Positions 1-8,470 of a stretch of 11,039 nt of DNA are shown in pieces. A program made the position numbers and the translations under genes. Location of the stretch: positions 1 through 11,039 of the forward strand of contig NW_021827206.1 in assembly GCF_006345805.1 (NCBI RefSeq), read 5' to 3'. The notes beneath the pieces are model-generated. The model made no database searches and was not told the DNA's origin. It saw only the letters and a program-made list of their open reading frames with translations. Each line of letters opens with the position of its first letter. The first letter of the stretch is position 1. This stretch comes from Octopus sinensis. Its lineage: Eukaryota.

Positions 1-181
1 TATAAATATGTATGTATATATATATATATAATATGTATACTATATATATCAAATATGTATATATATGACGCTAAACAACGATGATGATGATGATATGTAT
101 ATAAAATGTATATATATATATAAATATGTACATATATATATATATATATAGATATATATATATATATAAATTGTATATATG
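1..181. repeat. TA-rich microsatellite / low-complexity tract
   Basis: Near-continuous TA/TATG runs, interrupted by a (GAT)5 segment at 80-94. Confidence 0.95.
67..94 (+). mobile_element. Very short RTE-LINE 3' tail remnant
   Basis: gacgctaaacaac(gat)5 resembles the LINE terminus gacgttaaac(gat)5 at 8594-8618. Both are followed by atgtatat. Only 28 bp. Confidence 0.4.
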
Positions 182-403
182 ATAGAAATATTAAAATTAC
201 TAAGTCTCTCTAAAAGAGAATATGGCAGCGTTCCTGGAAATTAATAGTTATCGCCATACTAATATGGCATTCTTATAAAAATAAGAATAAAGCTGTCCGC
301 TTATTAGTTCCATGAGGCCATCGCCTTAAGTTAGCTATTTGATACACAAACTGTATCCATATAACCTTCGAACAAGGGAGGTCAGTCGCTCCACACTACT
401 TGA

Positions 404-459
404 CCGACAGCTACAGACTTGTTTCGGGGTATTGCCCCTTGTCAATGTAGCGTAGTCGG
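404..459 (-). ncRNA. Type I hammerhead ribozyme motif, copy 1
   Basis: Minus strand reads GCUACA-UUGACAA-GGGG caaua CCCC-GAA-AC aa GU-C-UGUAGC. Stem I is 410-415/446-451, extended by ccgac/gucgg (404-408/455-459). Core U3-U4-G5-A6-C7-A8-A9, G12-A13-A14, GUC cleavage triplet, predicted cut between 416 and 415. Stem III is ACAAGU, not palindromic. Confidence 0.65.
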
Positions 460-765
460 ACCAGTAGGTGTCGCTTCTGAGTATCTCTGTTCGAAGGTTT
501 TAGTTACCTAGTTTCGGTAGAATACATCTACTTGTTTTCAATAATAGAAATATTAAAATTACTAAGTCTCTCTAAAAGAGACTACAGCAGCGTTCCTGGA
601 AATTAATAGTTATCGCCATACTAATATGGCATCCTTATAAAAATAAGAATAAAGCTGTCCGCTTATTAGCTCCATGAGGCCATCGCCTTAAGTTTGCTAT
701 TTGATACACAAACTGTATCCATATAACCTTCGAACAAGGGAGGTCAGTCGCTCCACACTACTTGA

Positions 766-821
766 CCGACAGCTACAGACGCGTTTCGGGGTATTCCCCC
801 TTGTCAATGTAGCGTAGTTGG
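766..821 (-). ncRNA. Type I hammerhead ribozyme motif, copy 2
   Basis: Minus strand reads GCUACA-UUGACAA-GGGG gaaua CCCC-GAA-ACGCGU-C-UGUAGC. Stem I is 772-777/808-813. Stem III is the palindrome ACGCGU. Predicted cut between 778 and 777. Confidence 0.75.
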
Positions 822-875
822 ACCAGTAGGTGTCGCTTCTGACTATCTCTGTTCGAAGGTTTTATTTACCTAGTT

Positions 876-951
876 TCATGGTGCTAATAAGCGGACAGCT
901 TTATTCTTATTTTTATAAGAATGCCATATTAGTATGGCGATAACTATTAAT
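876..951 (+). repeat. 76-bp inverted copy of part of the 362-bp unit
   Basis: Reverse complement of 602-677 (and of 240-315), with 2 mismatches to each. Confidence 0.95.
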
Positions 952-2375
952 GGAAGTGTTCTGATACGAAGATTATGAATGTTCCATCTACTTTGATTAT
1001 ATTTATAACAACCAATGTTTCAGTCCTAAGACAGTTTGTCTTGTTTATAGAGTTTTATATTTTATGCATCAAGGCCCAAGCTGTTAACCAAGACAACCAT
1101 ATATGATTTTAATGCAGTAAACATTCTCATTCTACAGCTATTGTTACATCTAACCCTAACCTTTTTTCTTTAGTAGACTATTTTCTTATTTTCCTTTAAT
1201 TTTCTGTACATTTACCCTCAGCCACGAAGTGATCACATGAACATTTCATCTGCTAGAAATAGATGTCAAATCTCCTTCCAAAATATCAAGTGTATAATCT
1301 GAATCCTTTTCACAGGAACCTGCCAGAGATCACACCTCATTCTATAGTACAAAATGTCTGTACTAAAATGATGTAAATTAAAACCTTTCACTGAAATTTC
1401 TGATTTATTTACATTCCAATTACCATAATGACAAAATTATCTTACAAAGTTCATTATTTTCAAAATTAGTTGAAACAGTGGCATTGCATTTCAAAAGAAA
1501 TTGCTAAGAAAAGGTTTAAATAAGAAATAGTACATATTGTAGAAGTTCTTAAGAGAGTAGGATGGCATGGTTAGAGTGTCTTTGATCATAGCTTTACTTG
1601 ATCATTGTCCAGCTGGAGGTGAATAATAATAATGATAATAATAACAAAACAAAACAAAAATGATATGTTTGATCTTCTCTCTCTGTTATTCCTCCTCCAT
1701 TTGGTGGCAACCAACTATCCCTCATAATTGACCATCTGAGAAAAAGAGAAAAGATTGAAGAATGTAGTCCTACATCCAGTAAGCATGGGAAAAGAAAAGA
1801 ATGATGTGGTGGCCCCAACTGGAATGTCTTTGCTCACAAGTCTGCTTAGTCCTCTCTTGATTCCCGAATGATTTTCATAATATATATTTTATTTTTTTGC
1901 TTTTACTCTTGGTTCTTGTTTAATAACACAAATGCACAGACATCTCCTAAGTTTCTAGGAATTCTTCTGATAATATTCCACTCTTGAGATGATCTCTTGC
2001 TAGTCTTTTTGATTTGACAGCCTTCCCACCCCTCTTAATTGATTCCAGTTTCTATGGTCGTTGATTGAGAAGTGTTTTTCTGTCTCTTTGCTTCATCTCT
2101 TCTTAAATAATTCATAGGAAAAGCATCTCATTCCCAACTGATGCAATTCCTGTTGAAAGACAAAGTGCAGATGGAAGGAAACTGAATTATGGAACAACTA
2201 AATTATGTTTTCTTTTTGTTTTAACTCTCTTCATAAGAAACCCGCCTGAGACTGTCATAATTCTGTATTGCAGAAACGTTCCTCTGTGTTGTGTTTTTTT
2301 AAACAACTCAGATGAATGATATACCAATGACTGACAAAGTCAGTTTACAAAATCTTTCTACATTCTTGATTTATT

Positions 2376-2460
2376 ATCGTCATCATCAGCATCATCATCA
2401 TTGTCAGCACCATGATCACCATCATCATCATCACCATCATTGTTTCTACCTCTGCTTTCC
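2376..2460 (-). repeat. Degenerate (CAT)n tract, probably an old minus-strand RTE 3' tail
   Basis: catcattgtttctacctctgctttcc resembles the reverse complement of the LINE tail at 8586-8609 (catcgtttaacgtctgctttcc), preceded by an imperfect CAT array. Confidence 0.45.
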
Positions 2461-3190
2461 CCCCACTCGATGAAACATTTTTAGCCAGTGTTGTATAGCT
2501 TGTTACTTTTCTGGGCACCAAACCACTCAGATGTACATTTTCAAAAAAACCAGGATGCTCGCAGGATTATTTTTGTGCATTTCATTAAAAACCCGGTCAT
2601 GGAAGGATTACACTTTGTTATTTCATTTATGGAAATTAGAATAGGAATATTCCTCCTAAAAAACAATCCAACACCAGCTGTTGAGTGGTGAGACAAATAC
2701 AAAGACACACTCACATATGCACATGCATACATACATTCATGTGACTGTCACAGTAAGTTCCTTATTTGGAATTGGCTATCAGTCAACATAGTTATCAATT
2801 ACCATGTAAAGTGAAGTGTCCACCGAAATGAAAATTCAGAAAATCTAAGTAATAAATGTATCATTTATTCTTATTCTATCTCTTCTTGTTATTTTGCTTA
2901 AATTAAGGATAGTTATTCCTTCATTTCTTTACCTTAATTGATCTGAGTGCATTTATATGTAAAATTTTTCTGTAAAGATTTACACTACAGCATGTCTTTG
3001 CTCTGTTATTTTCCTTTTACTGCCCAAATTACTGTAATTTTGTCCAATTTTGGCTGTCTAATTTTCATAAATATGTTGGGTGAGCTTTCATGATGCTTCA
3101 ATAATCCGATGAGCTTTATTTGCATTAATTTATGAATATATGTCTGTCTGTCCTTCCATTCATCCTCCCATTTTTAGTTATTCATTACTC

Positions 3191-3345
3191 AGGCATGGCT
3201 CTGTAGTTAAGAAGTTCTTTTCACAAACCAAATGGTTTTAGGTTCAGTCCCACAGAGTGGCTCCTTGGGCAAGTGTCTTCTCTAGTCTTGGACCAACCAA
3301 TGCCTTATGAGTGAAGTTGACAGAATGTAACTAGAAAGCAGCCTG
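3191..3345 (+). mobile_element. tRNA-derived SINE with CORE-like central domain
   Basis: A-box-like tggctctgtagtt, B-box-like aggttcagtccc (3240-3251) and CORE-like ccttgggcaagtgtctt. Its 3' part (ccaatgccttatgagtgaagttgac...agcctg) recurs at 4149-4196. Confidence 0.7.
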
Positions 3346-3397
3346 AGGATAGAGTAGAAGTCCCTTGACCAAGGTGCCATGCAGTGAGACTGAACCT
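3346..3397 (-). mobile_element. Inverted fragment of the same CORE-like SINE
   Basis: Reverse complement aggttcagtctcactgcatggcaccttggtcaagggacttct aligns to 3240-3282 with about 8 mismatches in 42 nt. Confidence 0.7.
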
Positions 3398-3873
3398 GAT
3401 CGCAGAGGGTTATGTGGACCATTTTAACCACACAGACTGATAAGGTATGAAAGGTAGCAAACCCCTCTCATGGTTAACAAGTAAACATTTCTATGAGAGA
3501 GGGAAACTCTTTACAGCAGACCAATAAGTTCTGACAATTTCAATAGTCTGGAATCAATAAATATTGTCAAAGAATCAGACTTGTGATCTTCGTGCAAAGA
3601 AAGGCACAAAAAAAAAAAAAATGAAAGAGAACATAAGGGGAGAAAACTGCGTTTTTGATTGACTGTTGTTGTTGGCACTGGTGTTGGTGGTCATGTGTTG
3701 TTGTTACAGTTACTTTTTTTCTGCTTCAATATCTTTATTTCTGTTGAACAATCAATAACTCTTCAACAGGAAATGTTGAAAATTTGGAATCCAATTTTCT
3801 CTCTTTGAAATGAAGATTTGTGTGTTTGTATGTTTATCTAGGTTTTATGTGTGAGTGTTTTTGTTGGATTGTT

Positions 3874-3990
3874 TGTGTGTGTGTGTATATATATACATAT
3901 ATATATAATATAAATAATATATAAATATATGCATATTTACATACATATATGTACATACCTACATATATATGTATATATACATGCATATAT
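3874..3990. repeat. (TG)n/(TA)n compound microsatellite
   Basis: Direct reading; explains ORF 3929..4123. Confidence 0.9.
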
Positions 3991-4089
3991 GGGTACAGGA
4001 CATCAAAAATGTGAACAAAATGAGGTGTGTATATATATATTTGGCTTAACCCAAATGAAGAAAAATGCTAAAACCCTGCTCACACATTG

Positions 4090-4214
4090 CATGGATGTGG
4101 GTGTGTGGTTTAGAAGTTCATGATTGCATAGTTTTGGGTTCGGGCCAGCCAATGCCTTGTGACTGAAGTTGACTGACCAAACTTCAAAGAAGCCTGCGGA
4201 AATGTGTGTATATA
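4090..4214 (+). mobile_element. Internally deleted copy of the CORE-like SINE
   Basis: The head (gtgtgtggtttagaagtt...ttttgggttc) is joined directly to the 3' segment ggccagccaatgccttgtgactgaagttgac...agaagcctg, which matches 3290-3345. The CORE segment is missing. Confidence 0.55.
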
Positions 4215-4972
4215 AGTGGAAGTGTGACAAGTTTGTCCCAGATATATATATATATACACCTCTACACCCCTATCATACCTACATTTTACTCGTCTTTCTT
4301 AGTCACACTTTACACTTCTCATGTCATTCCTTTTCTTACTTTCATGGTGCTATTTTGCTGATGTGGTTTAGGACCACACTGGATCTTTTTGACTTACTCT
4401 ACATTGCTTCCCATGTAACTAGGGATGCCATGGGACAGACTGGACCCTCTTTTCCACACTCTTTTCTTTCTCTTTCCTTCTTACTAATCTAACTCTCTCA
4501 CACTCGTCAGGTGTGTATATTTAAGAGACCTCATCACACTCCTAGGTACATGATACATTAATGTATATACCCTACTGACCAAATGTTTCTTAAACTTCCT
4601 TTTATGACCATCTTCTGGTTATTTACTCCTAAAGTATGTCTATATTCTGTGTTCTGAAGAATTGGGTTTTCAAGTTTTAGGTTTTGGATTTTAAGCTGAT
4701 TTGAAATTTGGATTTCTTACATTTGGTCTTCTTGTGTTTGTGCCATGTTTAACATCTATGCAAGATCTTTCCTGCTTGGCTTTCGCTTTTCAATTCTTCC
4801 AATTTTGTTCCAATTGATTTGAAATTTAGTGTATTGATGTAGTTTTGTATGCTAATTATGGAAATGAAATTAATTTTTGCCTTAAATTAATAAATGAAAT
4901 ATTAATAGCTTTTAAACTTTGTAAATTTTGGGTAATTTTACCTAATCAAAAGCCACAGGCGTATTGGTGCCT

Positions 4973-4986
4973 GTTTCCATAGTAAC
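4973..4986. promoter_or_regulatory. RFX X-box consensus match GTTTCCATAGTAAC
   Basis: Exact fit to GTHNYY-AT-RRNAAC. No promoter context is visible. Confidence 0.2.
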
Positions 4987-5510
4987 AAGCCAAGCTGTTG
5001 TGTAGTCTGCTTTCCCTTTTGTATATAATGAAGATTTTGAAAACCAAGGAGGATGTGGTTGACTAGGCAGACCTATGTCCAAGAGGAGCATTCTGATGCT
5101 GAGCGCCCCACAGTTTTAGAGTTATCTTGGGATTACCATAATCTAGTATGTCTGTCCTAATTTTATGACATTAAGGTGTTCTTTGGCAGGAGATTTGCTT
5201 TTCCAGCAGTTCAATAGTTACATGAACTGAATTACAGTTTTTTTTTTCTTTTTTGTAATTTAACATTCTGATATTTTTCACATTACATGCTTCTTTCAAC
5301 AATTCTCATAACTTTATTCATTGAAATATATTAAAGCTTCCATTGTTGAATGTTTTGTAGTAATGTTGATGTCATGCACAAAATGCCAGCTTCCAAATTC
5401 AGTTTTCTGATTGGGTAAAAATTATCAAACTTTAAACCTCTTTAACATTTTTCTAAACCTTTTCTGAAACAAGTGAATAACAACATCAGATTCAGTGTAA
5501 AAGATTTCCC

Positions 5511-5511
5511 T

Positions 5512-5545
<34 letters not shown>

Positions 5546-5590
5546 CGTGTGAATATATGTGTATGTATATGTGTATATGCATGTAAAAAT
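5511..5590. repeat. (TA)n(TG)n compound microsatellite
   Basis: Direct reading; explains ORFs 5492..5698 and 5559..5783. Confidence 0.95.
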
Positions 5591-5823
5591 ATCTATGCTT
5601 GCACATGCATGTGTGTTTCCAATAACATACTGGTTTAAAAAGGATAATGTATATAATCTAGTGAATAACATAATATACACACACACAATCATATACACAT
5701 TTACACTTGCATGTGATAATTATGATTTCTTTTACTATTATTTATTATTATTATCAATAATAATAATAATTGAATATACTTGAATCTCTCTGTATATATA
5801 TGACTGGATTAGAACCTAAACCA

Positions 5824-5925
5824 AATGCCTTGTGGTATTTCGTTTCTGTCCCTTTATCTTCTTAGTTCTCATCCTTTAAAGTGAACTTTGTGTTTTAGCA
5901 TTTTGAGGTCATTCAGTACAAGTCA
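5824..5925 (+). mobile_element. Highly diverged copy of the SINE seen at 6529-6670
   Basis: aaatgccttgtggtatttcgt...ttagttc...gtgaactttgtgttt...tgaggtc...agtacaagtc is collinear with aaatgctaagcggtatttcgt...tgagttc...gtcgactttgtcttt...cagggtc...agtaccagtt. Confidence 0.45.
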
Positions 5926-6101
5926 ATGGCATGGTTTGAGATAAGCAACTCTACTCTTGAAGGTGGAGATCCAACTAGGACACAGTCAAATGTTTATATC
6001 TATATCTGTCTCTCCATCTATGAATGTAGATACATGCACTCATGCATGCATCCATCTAATAATTGAAATGCTAGACAGAGGCCATATGGATAAATGGTAA
6101 A

Positions 6102-6160
6102 GTCCAACCCATGCCAGCATGGAAAATGGATGTTAAATGATGATCCCAGTGAGGATGATG

Positions 6161-6162
<2 letters not shown>
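6102..6162 (+). mobile_element. Isolated RTE-LINE 3' tail
   Basis: tccaacccatgccagcatggaaaatggatgttaaatgatgat matches the LINE terminus at 8568-8609. Confidence 0.8.

Positions 6163-6203
<41 letters not shown>
6163..6203. repeat. (TA)n microsatellite
   Basis: About 18 perfect TA units abutting the 5' end of the LINE. Confidence 0.95.
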
Positions 6204-6204
<1 letters not shown>

Positions 6205-6206
<2 letters not shown>

Positions 6207-8048
6207 GTGTGTGAGAGAGAATCGTGATGTTGTAGGAGAGAAATGTATCTGCATAGATGATGGTTCTCTTGCACTAAATGAGGCTGCAAAGAGAGAGGTT
6301 TGGAGACGCCACTATGAAAGGTTGCTGAACAAAGAAAATGAATAAGAGAAAGAGAGTCTGCCGATTGTCGACCCAACACAAGGACCAGCTATCCGAGTTG
6401 ACAGTACCTTGGTAGTTAGCAATTAAGAGTATGAAGACAGAGAAAGCCCCCAGCCCATCAGGAATTACTGCAGAGAAGCTCAAAATATCTGGCAGTGTCG
6501 GCATTAGCCTGGTCACCAGTACAGTTAAAAGGCGGCGAGCTGGCAGAAATGTTAGTACGCTGGGCGAAATGCTAAGCGGTATTTCGTCTGCCATTACGTT
6601 CTGAGTTCAAATTCCGCCGTGGTCGACTTTGTCTTTCATCCTTTCAGGGTCGGTAAATTAAGTACCAGTTAAGCCCAACTGATTAGGGAGAGAGTCAGAT
6701 TGGATGAGATGCAGTTTGGCTTCGTGCCTGGGAAAAGCACCACTGTTGCTATATTTCTGGTTAGACAGCTGCAGGAGAAATACCTAGCCAAAGATAAGCC
6801 CCTGTACCTGGCTTTCGTTGACATGGAGAAAGCCTTCGACAGGGTCCCCCAATCCCTTATCTGGTGGTCACTGAGGAAACTAGGGATAGATGAATGGTTA
6901 GTGAGAGCCGTGCAAGCCATGTACAGGGACACTGTCAGTAAGGTGAGGGTTGGCAACGAGTACAGTGAAGAATTCCGGGTAGAGGTAGGGGTCCACCAAG
7001 GTTCAGTCCTCAGCCACCTCCTATTTATCATAGTCCTCCAGGCATTAATGGAGGAATTCAAGACAGGATGCCCCTGGGAGCTCCCTCTGTGCTGACGCCC
7101 TTGCTCTAATTGCTGAGTCACTATCAGAACTAGAGAAGAAGTTTCAAGTTTGGAAACAAGGATTAGAATCGAAGGGCCTTAGAGTCAACCTAGCTAAAAC
7201 CAAAGTCCTAATAAGTATGAAGGCAGGCAAACCACAAATCCCTTCAGGTAGATGGCCTTGTTCGATCTGTAGAAAAGGCATAGGTAGAGACTCTATAAGA
7301 TGTACCCAGTGTAAGCTATGGACACATAAGAGGTGTAGCAATATCAAAGGAAGGCTAACTGGGAGGATAGTTTTCGTATGTGGCAGATGCTCGGGAGCAA
7401 TAAACACTGAAAATGTGCAGAGACCAACTTCCGCCACATTCCAGGGAGAAAAACTAGAAGTAGTTGATAGCTTCCGTTATCTAGGGGACCAAGTCAGTAG
7501 TGACGGAGGGTGCACTGAAAGTGTAGCTGCTAGAATAAGAATAGCTTGGGCAAAGTTCAGAGTGCTCTTACCTCTGCTGGCGACAAAGGGCCTCTAGCTC
7601 TGAGTAAAAGGTAGACTGTACGACGCATGTGTACGAACAGCCATGCTACATGGCAGTGAAACATGGGCTGTGACTGCTGAGGATATGCGTAAGCTTGCAA
7701 GGAATGAAGCCAGTATGATCCGATGGATGTGTAATGTCAGTGTGCATACTCGACAGAGTGTTAGTACTCTGAGAGAAAGGTTGGACCTAAGAAGCATCAG
7801 TTGTAGGGTGCAAGAGAGACGACTGCGCTGGTATGGTCATGTGGCAAGAATGGATGTCAATAACTGTGTGAAAAAGTGCCACACCCTAGCAGTTGAGGGA
7901 ACCTGTGGAAGCGGTAGACCCAGGAAGACCTGGGACGAGGTGGTGAAGCATGACCTTTGAAACATTGAGCCTTACCGAAGCAATGACTAGTGACCGGGAC
8001 CTCTGGAAATATGCTGTGCTGCAGGAGACTCGACAAGCGCAAGTGTGA
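6205..8048 (+). pseudogene. Disrupted RTE ORF: linker, RT, PHD-like finger, C-terminal domain
   Basis: Pieces are ORFs 6094..6345 (3' part), 6700..7095, 7217..7597 and 7643..7960. Lesions: stop at 6343-6345, frameshift near 6415-6420, SINE plus deletion at 6529-6670, +1 frameshift near 7085, catalytic YADD read as CADA (tgt gct gac gcc), stops at 7595 and 7601, stop at 7958 with a further frameshift. Probable natural stop at 8046-8048. Confidence 0.9.
6529..6670 (+). mobile_element. tRNA-derived SINE with Meta-domain-like core, 3'-truncated, nested in the LINE
   Basis: A-box-like tggcagaaatgttag (6541-6555), B-box-like gagttcaaattcc (6603-6615), and ggcgg/ccgcc acceptor-like pairing (6531-6535/6614-6618). 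The segment gtcgactttgtctttcatcctttcagggtcggtaaattaagtaccag resembles the MetaSINE central domain as I recall it. It interrupts LINE coding homology. Confidence 0.8.
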
Positions 8049-8176
8049 CCATAACCTTGTGGCCTATGCTAGGGTGTAACCAGTCCACTTGTGCATGCCT
8101 TTTCTTCATTGGACACTAAACTCTTGCGAAGACCGGTTGAGGCAAGTGAAATCGAAGTCAAAATCAAATTAGGTGA

Positions 8177-8470
8177 CTGGCATCCGTTGCTAGTGGAGCG
8201 CTAAGAGTACCATATGAGTGAGATCGCTGCCAGAGCAACAAGCTGGCCTCCGTGCCGATGGCACGTTAAGCACACCATTTAAGTGTGATCATTACCTCGT
8301 CGCCTTACCAGCACTTGTGCTGGTGGCATGTGGAGTATTCAAGCGAGGTCGTCGTTAGTGCCGCTGGACTGGCTCCTGTGCAGGTGGCACGTAAAAAGCA
8401 CCATTTGGGCGTGGCCGTTGCCAGTTTCACCAAACTGGCCCTCGTGCTGGTGGCACGTGAAAGCACCTAC
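8177..8470 (+). repeat. Degenerate 61-66-bp tandem array (about 4.5 units) in the LINE 3' UTR
   Basis: Units start at 8177, 8243, 8308, 8369 and 8435 and share ctggc...gtgc-nnnn-ggcacg...accat... Confidence 0.8.

Larger units (their letters stand above)
182..877 (-). mobile_element. Tandem 362-bp unit (full copy 182-543, partial copy 544-877) with hammerhead motifs; Penelope-pLTR / retrozyme-like non-autonomous element
   Basis: Direct repeat with an exact 362-bp offset (atagaaatattaaaattac at 182 and 544; cctagtttc ending at 515 and 877) and only scattered substitutions. No coding capacity. The duplication is directly visible; the class assignment is inferred from the hammerheads and the terminal inversion. 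Confidence 0.8.

Noticed and set aside
1655-1803. Possible exon reading SVIPPPFGGNQLSLIIDHLRKREKIEECSPTSSKHGKRKE
   Set aside because: No convincing acceptor AG or recognisable homology. The flanks (about 1563-1602 and 1809-1850) resemble each other and look like old repeat remnants.
4480-4510. Additional hammerhead (minus-strand CUGACGA at 4504-4510)
   Set aside because: No stem II closing before a GAAA and no stem I or III pairing found; treated as a chance heptamer.
1594-6379. Short ORFs in the track (1594, 2488, 2541, 3929, 4003, 4169, 5492, 5559, 6018, 6071)
   Set aside because: Low-complexity products of microsatellites (YIYI, HTHT) or AT-rich sequence, with no recognisable domains or splice-supported exons.
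6531-6618. tRNA gene
   Set aside because: It has A/B boxes and partial acceptor pairing but no clean cloverleaf or anticodon arm, and it runs into a SINE body; it is a SINE head.
6700-7960. Active reverse transcriptase gene
   Set aside because: Multiple stops and frameshifts, YADD degenerated to CADA, N-terminal RT motifs deleted, and no endonuclease domain.
6274-8042. Minus-strand ORFs over the LINE (6274, 6669, 7144, 7594, 7857)
   Set aside because: Antisense shadows of the RTE coding sequence, with no independent motifs.
8177-8470. CRISPR-like array (palindromic repeats at a regular period)
   Set aside because: The inter-hairpin segments are homologous to each other (accat...gtgatcgttgcc-like) rather than unique spacers, the repeats are degenerate, there are no cas genes, and the array sits in a eukaryotic LINE 3' UTR.
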